Below are positions 28,701-41,123 of a stretch of DNA of 64,000 nucleotides, in pieces; within the stretch, counting starts at the first letter, position 1; every line of letters begins with the position of its first letter. The position numbers were made by a program, and so were the translations under genes. Where the stretch lies: positions 15,748,001 to 15,812,000 of the forward strand of contig CAIIXF020000001.1 in the NCBI GenBank assembly GCA_903813345.2, in the 5' to 3' direction. Origin of the DNA: Owenia fusiformis. Taxonomy: Eukaryota. The notes beneath the pieces are model-generated. The model saw nothing but the letters and a program-made list of their open reading frames with translations. It had not been told where the DNA came from and searched no databases.

Positions 28701-31700
28701 ATAAAAATTACGAGGTTGTTTTTACCTTTAGTGTACATTATTTCTATGTAATGGATTTCGAATGTCGGAATGAAAGTTAAATATTTCACTAGAGGCAGTG
28801 TTAGCATACAATGATGATATTCTGCGTGTTATTAAATTTATTCAAAACATTATTTACTGTTAATTTCATTCACATATATATCTTTGGGCAACGTGGAATC
28901 TAAACAGTTAAAAGACCATAAAGCGAGTGAGTCTATATACGTTCATATTCAAAATACTCGTGAAGTTCAACTGACAATGTTTCTATCAAAATTAGATAAA
29001 ATAAACGAGCGACGTGATATCCTGTACGAACAAATTTTGATCTACATACGGCCGCATAATGTTTCAATGTATAGTTCACATCTTTTCAAAGTAATCCACA
29101 TGCCAGCATATTTGTAAATTTTCCAAACTTACATGGCCTTTGCGTTGATGATATACATGTACTTAAGATACAAGTGATGCATTTCTACCTTGAACTACAG
29201 CCATAACCTTTAAACTGAGGTGAACACTTACCTGGTACATTTGTATTTAAGGAATTTCTGATATATTTTCAATACTGTATTGATACTTTACGTGTACTTA
29301 TTTCCTTGCCGATCTAGACACAGTATTTTCTTCAAGTTATGTTTCTTTATGCCAAAAGTTGATTTTCAAAATATGAAAATCATGCTTGCAAGTGATAATT
29401 TCATAATTGTCTATCCCCCCGTGTAATGAGTCTGGATGCTCTCGAGTGCATTGCGAGATTGTAACCAAACATCATTGCCTATTACTTGTGTCTTGTATAT
29501 ACCTTCTAAACCCAATAAAAACATTTGAACAACTAGCTGATCAATGGTATTGCGTAGAAATGCGTTTTTATTTAAATTTGGTAATAACATATTAACATGC
29601 AATGCAAATATCATAATACGTGTGTGTTAAAACAAGTATATTTGCTTAAAAACTGTGTAATAACGCGAGACCATGCGATGCGATGGTAAAACGAAAACCA
29701 ATAGGGACATAGAGAAGCTATTCGAATCAAGGTAATATTCTTTAAACCCAAAAATGTTCAATGAGGAAAATCCGATCCCTAGTGTTATGTTATGGGGGTT
29801 AGCTATTTAGAATACTAGTATATAACTATGCAAATATTTCTTTCTCCGCAGATGAAGCAACAAGCCGTCGAAGAACAGAATGGTCAAGAATCAAACGAGA
29901 ACGCAAATGAGGAGGATGAGGGCGTAAGTGAACTGAATGTAGAGGATGCCCTAGTAAACATGATCTCTCCAGTCCCTGGGGAACTCCCGCCTCCTCGACC
30001 GGCATCTTGTAGGAAGAGCGACATTTATACAGATCCAGCCATATTCAAAGAACTGGATGAGCATGTGTTCAGTGTACGTATACACTTATTTTCGAATAGT
30101 ATTAGCATATTGTCTGATGTAATTTCCATTGATGTGTATATTAGCACGTCCTGGTAACCTAGATTTTATTAAAGAATATTATCATCAATCATAAACCCAT
30201 TTTAAAGTAATTATATATGATTGGATTGAATATAGCAGAACGATTTACTCTTAGTTTCTAGTCTATCAGCCAGCAATTACAAATTGTCTAGCGAGTATTC
30301 TATATGTAGCTATGTAATATCCAAACGGTGTTATGTTTTTTAGATTGCTGAGGCAGAACAGGCATCGTGGACAGATTTAGTGAGCCAGTTAACCAGTTAT
30401 TGTATCACCGACTTGGAGAAAGTAAGGTATGCCACGTTGCCGTACATCTGTGGCCCAACATTTATTTTGCCCTGTCCAATGATGCTGGTATCCTTCTATT
30501 GCGACCTAATGACAACTCTTCCATTTATTTTGAATGTAACAGTTTACTTGAAAAGCTGTTGCATATAGTGAAATTTGACTTGACCTACTTTCACACTTCA
30601 AAGTTTCACGAATGAACGTGGAATGAATCTGATAATATTTAATTCTGTGTATGTTTCAAATAATTCAAAATTCGTTCACAATTTATGTTTTCAATGGCTA
30701 CCAAAGGTTGTCTTCATAAATTACTTTCTTGTCTTCAGCATTTACTCACTTCGAGTTTGAATAAATTTGAATGTGTGTTCTGCCTCTAGGTCTATATTCC
30801 GATGGCTGACGGTGAAAGACCTGAACGTCATTGACTTTGAAGACGACGAAGAGGATGATGATACCCCTGTGGGACTGCTCAGAGGCATCAAACTTGGTAC
30901 AGAGACCTACCATGTACTCTTTATGAGACTTTGCAGGTACTAATGCTTTCAGATTTTTTTTAACCAAAAAATAATGAAAATTTTTTTGTAGGAACATAAA
31001 TTACAATTAAAAAATGAAGTCGGAAAAGTTTAAAACGGATGGATCAATAAATCATATTTACATTGATACTGGATCTATTGTAAAGTCTATCAATATGCTG
31101 GGACTCGGCTTATCAGAATGGACAAGGGGTGGGTCCAAAACTATCTTCAGGGTAATCAACGTGTAATGTTGGACCTTTTTTAAAGAGTAGACCAAAAACT
31201 CTGACTGCCCGAGATCCCGGCAAGAGATCCACCAATGATAAATATTATGTATTATTTATTAATATTTCAATCTATGGAAACTAAACATTCCTAGTAATGA
31301 ATCACTGCTTGTGCCATGTCTACCTATCAAATTTAATATCTATCTGTAATTTATATTTTTAGCTTCTCTGGTATTCCTTGTGTGGAGATAAAGGGACACT
31401 CGAAGAGTGTTGGATACGAGCCTGGGATGCGCATGCGCTCCGATACCTTTCAGAACACATGGAACGCTGTCCTCATCGCTGGAGATTGGAGACTGGTCCA
31501 GTGTAACTGGGGTGCTAGGTAATTGTACAATTTGTAGTAAAACATTCTCAATATGTCCTTCCTAGATAAATGTAAGAAACAAACCCAGTTCTACTGTACA
31601 TGTCTTGTCCTGATATATCAGTCACGAATTGAGTAGAGGAATCGTTTTCTTATTTAAAACATACCTGCGGCAAATGAAGAAATGTATTTTCTTGACGTAT

Positions 31701-33309
31701 TCCTTCCAGGCATTTAGTTCTTAACAAGGACATGAAGAAGACAAAACAAGAGAAGAAGACGAAAACCCAGGACAAGATCCGCTATCAATATGATGAGCAC
31801 TACTTTCTCACTGACGCGGATGAATTCATCCAAGAGTTCTGGCCAGTTGACAGAGATTGGCAGCTTCTTCACAACCCAATTACCCTTGAGCAGTTTATAG
31901 ATTTACCTTTTGTCAGGTACCATCTCAGTACATATTTCATAAAATTTAGTTTTTCAAATTTTATAAGTCTCTCAACTCAACTTATCGTAAAATGCAATTA
32001 GACCTTCGACTTTTAGCCCTAGTTCTCAAGCTTAGTTGATCACTAAAGCAAAACAATTCTGTGGTGTTTTACATTGAATTAATTTCTTTTTCTCAGGAGT
32101 ATATTCTTCCACTACGGAATGAAGTTCGAAGGCAACAAGCATGCTGTGTTATACACTGACAGCAAAGGAGGAGTAGAGATCAAAATAAAGGTCCCCCGCA
32201 TATATCTTGAGGACATTGTGTTCCATTACCAGCTCCGGTTCGCCGACAGGGAGTTCAGACAAGAGACAGAGTACAAGGGCGCTAAACTAGAGCGTTTCGT
32301 GTTTCACTCCATTGTCGATGATACAGCTTTATTCAGTGTTCATGTCCCCACAATGTCTGATTACTTCTTGGAGATTTTTGCAAACAGGATTGATGAGACG
32401 AATAAGATAGGTGATGACCCATCAGCCCAGATGATGCCTTTCAGATTGAAGTGCGCTTGTAAGTTCAAGGTTGTGTGCACGGAGCTGATGGGCAAGATGC
32501 ACCCTCTCCCTAACTGCGCTTCAGGGGAGTGGGGACCCTGGAAGGGCCTTCGACATTTCAATATCCGACCAATCACCAACAGAACTGGTGTGCTTAATCA
32601 AGATAACGGGTTTGAGCTGCAATTTGAACTCCCGAGGAAACTTCATTTCCTCACAAAATTACGAGCTAATGGAGTTGATGACCATATTTTGGACAATTTT
32701 GTGAGTCACAGTGTCGTTGGAAATATCATGACCGTGAGGGCACGCATGCCTCAGCCCGGGCAGTATGGGCTGGATATATACGCCCGCAGGGAGGATGCCG
32801 CCGATTCGCATACACTGGCACACGCCTGCAAGTACCTCATCAACTGTGCTCACGTAAAAGAACCTGTTGAGCTTCCTGTGCTGAAAGTGGATCATGCAGA
32901 AAAAATGACAAAAGACAAATGGGGACCTTCTCCACAGTTCGAAAAATTTGGATTGAAAGCGTTAAGTCATAGGGATCCAAAGATCCATCTCAAAGACGCT
33001 GGTGATGTATGTATCGTTCTCGGAGTACAAAGCCCCGTTCAGCTCACATACCATCTTATCCGGGAGCCCGATGAAGACCACAGGGACCACGTTAATGTTG
33101 TCCGGGAAGACAAGAAGTCTGTCAAGTTCTTTATTAACCTATCTAAGCACGGTCACTATTTGTTCGCAGTCTATGCCAGGAAAGACGGCAGCAGGAACGG
33201 AGACCAGAGTCTTGTAAACGTCTACAATTATATGATCAGGTATGGGATCGAAGACATCAAGTCAGCCACAAAGTCAGTGCAGCTGAAAAAATCTTTCTTC
33301 AAGAGATGA
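19712..33309 (+). CDS. Hil: Hillarin-like / kyphoscoliosis-peptidase (KY)-family protein: LIM domain, coiled coil, transglutaminase-like domain, KY-type Ig-like repeats; ~985 aa, 9 exons
   Basis: Exons 19712-20209, 26618-26839, 27964-28173, 29852-30073, 30344-30426, 30790-30936, 31363-31518, 31710-31916, 32097-33309; all GT-AG and phase-consistent (2958 nt = 986 codons). LIM CYRC..WHKTCFKCSNC..YCSAH; TGase-like DLEKVRSIFRW, GTETYHVLFMRLCS, NTWNAV, WRLVQCNWGARH, YDEHYFLTD..EFI; repeated WGP...G.Y.L.IYAR modules. Confidence 0.92.
20450..20645. mobile_element. Short TIR element remnant (related fragment at ~39866-39950)
   Basis: tttcgtcagtaaaacc ... ggttctactgacgaaa inverted ends; cgtcagtaaaacctaaaaaataagaaa recurs near 39868. 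Confidence 0.55.
21477..21877. mobile_element. MITE with ~70-bp TIRs at a TTAA-like site (Kolobok-like signature), in hillarin intron 1
   Basis: TTAA|GGTACAGCTGGAAAATAA..TGCTATACCTG..TTTTCTGGTACAAAAT ... ATTTTGTACCAGAAAA..CAGGTATAGCA..TTATTTTCCAGCTGTACC|TAA. Confidence 0.8.
23541..23607 (+). repeat. Dispersed repeat fragment, copy 2
   Basis: Matches 11928-11996. Confidence 0.75.
23665..24120. repeat. Degenerate ~38-40 bp tandem repeat
   Basis: Variants of gcacattgcagaatatcacttgagtatcaactcagtgt recur several times. Confidence 0.6.
24996..25163 (+). mobile_element. ~170-bp short TIR element, copy 1 (copy 2 at 34203-34375)
   Basis: ggtgt(g/a)aaa..aaattatggtccc..ttaaaggccct..ctggccctgattgtgtataagataat..taggacctcctacccttttacac near-identical at both loci; ends ggtgtaaaa/ttttacacc are inverted. 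Confidence 0.85.
25180..26207. mobile_element. ~1.03 kb palindromic DNA transposon with CAC...GTG ends and 5-bp TSD (Transib-like signature), in hillarin intron 1
   Basis: AAATA|CACGCCCGGTGATCGTGAA ... TTCACGATCACCGGGCGTG|AAATA; arms of ~430 bp each carrying two tgggacggaggggg motifs. Confidence 0.9.
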
Positions 33310-33867
33310 AGTAGCTAAGCTAAATGAATAGCGGGAAATGTACAAGAAATATAGACAACAGACAGCCACCGAACCGGTCCCAGCCTCGTGAAACATCCGT
33401 TTGGGGAAACGGGCCATGTCCAATCGTTTGACAAAATTATCTATGCAATTAAATACACCACATGAAATTGCGTTGATTAACGTCAATTATTGACCCGATT
33501 TAAATCGCATATCGACCGATTTTGATTTTAGATTACATTTACGAATTATGGATTTGTGAGTAGTATGTACATGAAGTAGTACTACAAAGTCAGTACTGGT
33601 GCAGAATATTGATATAGATGCTTATACTGCTGATATATGTTTAATATATTATTAATATATAATTATCATTATGTTTATAGTATTATAGTATAGTACTTTG
33701 CTTTGGTTATTTTATTTCACAGCATCAAGTATGTTATATTCGTTTAATTTTTGATACACGACCTTCTGTTTATGTAAATGTTACTTTCCAGTTTTTAGCT
33801 GAAAATGCTGAATGTTCAAATTGCTTTTTAAATTTTCACTTATTCAAATTATCAATATGCAAGTGGT

Positions 33868-34020
33868 CAGGCCCGTAGCCAGGTTGGTTCTAGGGGTGCG
33901 ACTGTACACCCCCCCCCCGGCCAACCCTTCTTTCAAAAGTATGGGGTCGAAATGATCAAATATACCCCTTGGAATGTTTTAAAAAGTGAACCCCTTAGGC
34001 AAAAGCTTGCTATGGGCCTG
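33868..34020. mobile_element. hAT-like MITE remnant
   Basis: CAGGCCCGTAGC ... GCTATGGGCCTG; similar termini at ~37388-37576; TSD not preserved. Confidence 0.6.
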
Positions 34021-34202
34021 TTGTAGTCGTAAGAAATTAATTTTCAAAGTGTCTACCATTTGTTAAAAATTCATGAAAATGATAAAGGAGCAATTCATGA
34101 CTATAACATAATAACATATATCGCTATAACGCTTTGAAAGGGACGTGAATTTATTGTTAGATGATTATCAACACTTTAATACCCAGGTCGACACAATTAC
34201 TT

Positions 34203-34375
34203 CTGGTGTAAAATAAATTATGGTCCCCTGGGAATTATGGTCCCCTTTCTTAAAGGCCCTTACTGGCCCTGATTGTGTATAAGATAATGAGGGAAAGAGT
34301 TGTATTTAGGTCACCATATAAATCAATGGAAAGTAGGACCATAATTTGATAGGACCTCCTACCCTTTTACACCGG
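34203..34375 (+). mobile_element. ~170-bp short TIR element, copy 2
   Basis: Matches 24996-25163; ends CTGGTGTAAAA / TTTTACACCGG. Confidence 0.85.
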
Positions 34376-35324
34376 CCTGGGTGGATCCTATTTCCACCCA
34401 TGTAGACACTATTATCGCCTATCTTACAATTGTTCATATCGATGTGAAAGGAAAAGTACACAATTCTTAATAATTAAAAAGTCAAATGCAGTCAGTAAGA
34501 AATGACCATTTCAATCAAAAATAGTCATATCCCTTTCAGAGCACTGTGCACCTTATATATGATAAAATATACCTAGAAAGACAATTTACAAATGTTACAT
34601 ATACATGGTATATGTTAGATTATCTTATACGTGTAGTTAAGTACCGTTTATATCTTATGAAGATGAAATAAATATATTTAAGTATATAATAATGTATATG
34701 TTCATTGATGTCCCTTAGTCTATGATAAAAGTATAGGTATATGCGATTCCATGGATATGATGTTACCGTGAAACAACGTTTCCCCAATGGTCCAAATCTA
34801 TTACAAGGTGAGTCAAAAAAGGTAACCAAAACAAATGCTAATAACTCAGTCATCCAGAGTGGGTTTAATCATATTTTGCCCGACTAAACATTGTTCAATG
34901 TTCTTCATTTCTACTTAGCTCCATTTCTCCACTAGTATTTCCAATGGTCCCGATTTTATAGCCATTTTACAAAATATGCTCCAAATGCCAAAATCGCCAT
35001 ATGAGCCCCGAGAATTCTATCTTCAAAAATGATGAATTTCTTTTAAGCACGTAGCAATGTTCCATATGAGCAACGGTTTATCTTTGATTGCGTGCGACCT
35101 TAATCAAAATTCCCCAATTTTTCCGATGATTGAAATGTCTTCGGAAATTAATAACTTACCAAAATTGCCAACAAATATCTGGCTGTGTGTATGCTCACGT
35201 TTTGGTAGTTCGCATTTGATATTTCGTTTCATAGCGGTCCTTCACCATTTTGCCATCATTGTGACCTCTTATAATTTCTAAACTACAATATCTTTTTATT
35301 GTCAATCGAGCCATCAACGACTAA

Positions 35325-35912
35325 CCCTACTATCACACCAAACTAGTTCTCATTACGTTCTCGAAAACGGGCTTAAACTGTGCACGAACGGATTTGACGT
35401 ACTAAGAACCCACTAAGAACCGTTTGGGATCTGTTTACAAACTTCATGAAACTACTAGGACGAGTAGGTTTCTCCAGCACTTAGAGCATGCTCAAAATTT
35501 TCTGGTGATCGTCAAAATGTTGCCGAATCGGTTTTAAACTGTGTGCGAACTGAATGAACGTAGATACAACGTTCTACGGTCTGTTTACGACCAAGTTCAT
35601 GGACTTTCCCGGACGGTGTGTGTGTGATTTAGAATTTTGAATCGATTCAAAATTCGATGGCGACCATACCGTTCTGTAATCAGGTCATGATGACCTTCTA
35701 GACTAAGGGACGGTTTCTACTACGTTGCACACCGACGTAGTGCGACCTGAACGAACTGAGAATGAGAGATGGACGTATTGAAGACTGTTTATGAACGAAG
35801 TAGCTAATTATTTTAGACATATATCCCGATCGCAGCCAGATTGAGCCCGTTTTACGACATTTTCGTAGGACTGGCAAGAACGGGTAAGAACTAGTTTGGT
35901 GTGATAGGGGGG
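35325..35912 (-). mobile_element. TIR element with CCC...GGG ends, copy 2 (internally shorter, inverted)
   Basis: CCCTACTATCACACCAAACTAGTTCT ... AGAACTAGTTTGGTGTGATAGGGGGG; ORFs 17823..18071(+) and 35698..35973(-) share VTPLSHQT..FLPVLRK.RKTGSIW. Confidence 0.85.
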
Positions 35913-37387
35913 TTACTGTACATACATGTACTTCCAGATTCTTGCTCAAGGACAAAGCCCTTTTCTTGAACATGGACCATGAATTTATTATGCAATTAGG
36001 CTTATGTAAGGCCAGTTCTTACAAATGACAAACTTTAGTACTCTTGCACTAGGTCCTACGCCTATGAGCATAATGACAATATTTTTTCTTTGAGAATGAA
36101 TTTAGAAATTGATAACAAAAAGATCTGTGAGCCTTATTACATCTTCAAGTAGGCCTAACAATAGTGCATGTTCAATTTGAGATTGAAATTATGCCCGCCC
36201 CCACCCTTAGATGCGAGTAGAAATAATCTTGATCTACGTCATTATACTTTCAAAATTCAGTCAAAGTACATCTAGAAATATGGTTTCGAAAATTGCTTTT
36301 AATCAACTTTGAAAATTCAATTTTCTTTGTAAATGACTATGTGACTTCCAGTTCGGGGAGATTCCGCATATAGACCCCATGTTAAAAAACCACAAAAAGT
36401 GAAATATCGTTTCTTGTATTGGACAGATAACATTTTCTTTTACTTTTATATTTTAATTTGCATAACTATTAGATACTGGGAAAATTGAACTACTAAAACA
36501 GATGTAATTTAAGTTAAGGGGAACTTTCTCTGACACCCGCCATGCTATCTGACCCGAACGAGTCACCTAGTGGCGAAACTGGTAACTACCTACTCGCATC
36601 TGCATCTGCATCTGATTATCTTGGAATGAGGAAAAGGCCAAATCATAGACGTACTATTCTCAAGTATTTGGTAGTCTAACATGACTTGGCTATTCAACCT
36701 GACCAATGACGGTTGTCCATCGTGGACAAATCAGTCAGAGACATAGGACGGGACAGCCGGGCAGAGATGGACATCCAGCTAAGAGCAGTCATTTTAACAG
36801 CTTGTAAAGATATTTTGCTAGGGTTTCTGTCCGCTGAACCCATTTTTATTGAAACAAGGAACATTGGTTCTCTGAGATACTACTAGTATGATATTGATTT
36901 TGAATTAAATTCCCAATAATGCCAAATACGAAAAATAGACGCAAAAAACTACAAGTAGTTGGTCAAATAGTTTATTGTACCTAACTAAACTAAAACAATG
37001 CATTAGCTAAAAATAGTACATGTTTAGTGCTTGGCTGCAGTAGCTGAAGTGATTAGATGATCTAGACATAATTAAAAGTTCATGACCTTTGCATGAACTG
37101 CAGAACCAGATGGCAACCTCTATAATTTAAATCTATTTCAACTGAAATTAAACATAAATTTTCTAATTGCTTACACCTGTATACTATACTTGCCCGCTGA
37201 GGCCCGGGTATACTGTCATTAATAAAAAAATCAGTCCTATTCTTATCCATTTAGCTTATAAAAATCAGTCTTATTCTTATACATGTAAGTAATCTAGTAA
37301 AATTAATATACATGTATACTACGCATTAAGAACTCAGTACACTAGCGGACTTTTTAAACATTTTAACGTATTCCTGGACCTCAGCTT

Positions 37388-37576
37388 TCCCGTAGCCAGC
37401 TTTTACCAGGAGGGGAGCTTTTTTCCAGGGGGGGGGGAGCTTTTTCACAATTTTGGCTAAAAATTATGCGAAAAATTCTCAGAATGGTGAAAAACTGCAT
37501 GAACTGCAAAAACTGAATTTCTGGCCAGGGGGGGGGAGCTTCTGCTCCCCCAGCTCCCCCTCTGGCTACGGGCCTG
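37388..37576. mobile_element. hAT-like MITE remnant
   Basis: CCCGTAGCCAG ... CTGGCTACGGGCCTG with repeated ccagggggggagct motifs. Confidence 0.6.
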
Positions 37577-37581
37577 CTATA

Positions 37582-37960
37582 TAGGGCTCCCCAAGAGGGG
37601 CAGTTTTAAATTTTTTAAATTGTCATGTCACATTTAAAATTTACTTGTCATATTTTGTCAGTTTCATTCCGTTTTAGTCAGTCAAAGAATTAATGCAACA
37701 AATGGTTTGTAGTGCTCCATTGTTTGATCACTGGTTAGAATAAGTCACATTTAAAAATACTTTGCATATATTTACATTCAGAACAAAGTTTCTATTTTTG
37801 TCGCTCTCAAAACACTTGTCAGTCAATTGAATGTTCAAAATCGTCACATGTAAGGATATATTTGTCACATTTGTTCATTTTTAAATACCCCAAAGTCACA
37901 TTTAGTCACAATTAGGGGCCAGGTCACTGACCTTATCACATACCCCTTGAGGAGCCCCTA
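37582..37960. mobile_element. hAT-like MITE with repeated GTCACATTT subterminal motifs
   Basis: TAGGGCTCCCCAAGAGGGG ... CCCCTTGAGGAGCCCCTA; multiple gtcacat(tt) copies inside. Confidence 0.6.
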
Positions 37961-38354
37961 TGCCCCTCACTTTTGAAAAAATGATTTTGTGTGGTCATGG
38001 GGCAAGACGGGCCCCGTGAGGCAAGACTGGTCGATCTATCAGAACTTTAAAACAATAGAATAAACTTGGTGGTCCGTCTTGCCCCACGTCACTCCCTTCT
38101 TACCCCGCCGTCCCCTACCAGGCTTATAAAGCTTATTTTTTCAAATATACGTGAATAGATGGAATCATTTTGTTGACCAAAAAGGTCCAAAGGTTCGGCT
38201 AAAAAGCATAGCAAATATCAATAGTATCACATTTCAACATCCCACTCATTTATTTATTTATTATTCATTTTATTTATATCAGAAAGTCGGCCCCAGCTCA
38301 GTGAGACTATAGTAGAAGTGTATTCCCCGGGATTCACTGGCGTTCTGGACGAAA

Positions 38355-38500
38355 CACGTGGTTATTACCCACAATGCACGAAGAAAATGGCGATAACTTT
38401 ATTTTGAAAAAATTACTTTCAGTTTCATCATTAAAAAGGTGCCCCTTGAATTGTTGGTATTAAGAAAACATACATGTTTTCAACATACCTGTTAATTGAG
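38355..38500 (+). promoter_or_regulatory. Putative TUT4/7 core promoter and non-coding first exon
   Basis: Clustered E-box CACGTG (38355), ZNF143/Staf-type TACCCACAATGCAC (38366), YY1-type AAAATGGCG (38384), then strong donor GAG|GTAAGT at 38501; candidate acceptors at 41059 or 41107 precede the ATG. Confidence 0.6.
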
Positions 38501-38771
38501 GTAAGTTATGCATTGTATATTTCATCTATAACCCTTAACGCAGTAACAGATTGATCGTTTCAATCAGTGAACAGAATTATTTTCAATTTTTATTTCAATC
38601 TTCCAAAGTTGAAAGTAGGCTACTAATATTCATTTTGTCATGTATTGAATTGCAGTTGATTGGGCAAACTAAAATCAGATTTTTTAAAATTCTCACCAGA
38701 GATGAACAATCATAAATCCTAATAGCAAATCAGGAATTAGAGGGACCTTCAACGTAGGTGGTACTTCATCG

Positions 38772-39758
38772 TAGTGTTGTCGCGATGTGCCATAATCGTA
38801 CATCGATGCATCAGCAATTTTCAGTAGTAAACATCGATGCACATCGCTATGTACATCTAGAAAAAGCCTGAGAAAAGTGCACTGAAATATCGAACGCTAT
38901 TGCACTAAAATACTGAACAGAACAAATTAATAAGAGTATGCTGGTACATCCGGGAACTTCTAGTTAAGATGAAATGAAAGTAAAGCAAATTCTTTTAGTG
39001 GTTCATTTCGACTAGCTTAAATACAGTTTTAAAGCGAAAGAATATCAGAAAACATTGGAAAATGAAATACATTTAAGACGTGAGAAAGGTAAGCGATTTG
39101 CGTCAAAATAAGATAAGAAAGGGTGATATTTAGCAAATTAAATTTTTCTTTCTTTCTATCCAGTAAGCACTTTTATGCTGCTTGATTAGTCTCTATGTAC
39201 TTTTTTGACACTAATTACTGGCACATCGTTACTTTTTCACTTGTTACTTTAATGTGGCTTATTGTGGCTGGCATTTTAATGTTTATATTTCAGACTTTGT
39301 TTTTTGTTTTTAGCAACTGGTTTATTTACACTATATACACTGTCGATTCTCCTAGAATCTCTTAGAGTCTCTTATGTATTTCTGAAATTCTCTTAGGATC
39401 CTGGCATTTGTAACTGTGCCTAATCCCTTTCTCTCTCCAGCTAGAGTTCTAAGATCATATCCAGCAGGTATCTGTTCCCCACTGTCAGATCCTAATAAAA
39501 TACAGTCCACTTTGTGAAGAAATTGCTCTCTGATGTCACTGTAGCGCTTGCACTGAAAAATAAAGTGTTCAACTGATTCCGGTACCATACAGTGATCACA
39601 CAGGTTGGTGTTGCAGTCTGGGTTTATTTTGAACTGATGGCTATTCAGGGTAATGTGCCCAGTGATGAGATTAATGTTTTGTTTCAGACATCAATGCATC
39701 GCCAGAATCAGCTTTGGCAATGTATATCGCGATGTATCGATTAATCGCGACAACACTA
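38772..39758. mobile_element. Non-autonomous hAT-type element with perfect 8-bp TSD
   Basis: CTTCATCG|TAGTGTTGTCGCGAT ... ATCGCGACAACACTA|CTTCATCG; repeated atcgat motifs subterminally. Confidence 0.9.
39295..39675 (-). mobile_element. 5'-truncated LINE 3' fragment (C-terminal CCHC region of ORF2) inside the hAT element
   Basis: Frame reads LITGHITLNSHQFKINPDCNTNLCDHCMVPESVEHFIFQCKRY..R...F..YIRDSKRF*, matching the TGH..LN.H...C..C...E..EH....C..Y...R pattern of non-LTR ORF2 ends; followed by AATAAA and an A-rich tract. Confidence 0.78.
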
Positions 39759-41123
39759 CTTCATCGTGCTACCCATTAGGCTTATTTTGGCCATTTTTAA
39801 AAGATGTCAGAACTAGGGGTGTTATTTCGACCATGGCCAATTATTCAATTTTCTGAGTTATGTACAGCGTCAGTAAAACCTAAAAAATAAGAAATCAAAA
39901 GATCATTATATATGCAATAATATCTGGGAAAATATATTCCTATTGTACTCACGCGGTACTAACTCATCGGGGCGTATCGAAACCAAAACGCCCCGCAAGA
40001 CCATTAATTTGAATCAATGATTGTGAGTCTCACAGTACACCTTTTTTCTTCAAACTTGTTCCATTAAAACCTTCACAGAAATACCTTTCACTCGAGACAT
40101 TGCTTTTGTGTACAGAGTCGCTCGTTTTAGCGGCGTTTTGGTCCCCAGATGTGAGAAGATGCAAATCTTCAGAGATATCAACCAAAAGCCTCGATATATC
40201 GCCAGTTCTTTTATTATTCTCCCCTATATTTTGCACAAGGACTCCCATTGCAACCCTCCATCTCTGCATCAACATATTTATTACATTAAACGCAGCAATT
40301 TCCAATAGTCCTACGTATCTGTTCGAAATTACAATGATATTTGGACAGACAGGAGCCTGGAAAAAGATTTGGTGTCTCATCTTGAGGAATATTTATTGAG
40401 CTACTGATCCTACTACAAAACAATCTTGCTGGAATCTATGTATGTAAATACATCATATTTGATTGTGATTGTGTTTTACCATCATGTATTAATAAATTAA
40501 GATTTCATTGATTGGAGATTTCGATTTATTTTTGAAATTTCCCAAAACACGGAGTCAAAACACGGAGGACTGGATAGATATAGTAAATAACACAGATGAA
40601 GAGAATGTTCTGGCGAAACAAGAATCCAAATTTTGAGAAGATGGGATACAATAATTAAAAAATATAGTTTCTTTTTTTTATTTCCCGAATTTTTCAAAAA
40701 TTAGCTCATCTTGGTGACTATAACTTGCACAGCTGTATTGAATAGAGTCTTCTTGTATTCCATCAGCCTCAATTTTAAAGTATCTTATTTTTAATATTAT
40801 CTCATTGTTTTTTGTCGACTGCTAAGATCCAACCATAAATTATCCATTAGGTCTTAAAGTCAATGTTAAATAGCCCCATGATAAAAAAACATAATGAAGT
40901 AACCCCTTACGTCGAAGTTTGATGGAGGGCCCAAAAATAGATCCTCATGCAATTTCTCAAATTCTCAAATTGTACGATCTAAAAAACAAACAAAAAATCT
41001 CATTTTGCATAGATAGCCTATTCATTAAATTATCTTCTCAAATTTTTAATACTTTGCAGACCACTGTTTAGTGTTTATTATATGTCTGACATCATTGCAT
41101 ATTCTAGGTGGCCCAGATTAAAG

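Noticed and set aside
40030..40697. ORFs 40030..40380, 40100..40399, 40497..40697 as a separate gene
   Set aside because: No recognisable domain or consistent splice structure; lies in the putative first TUT4/7 intron.
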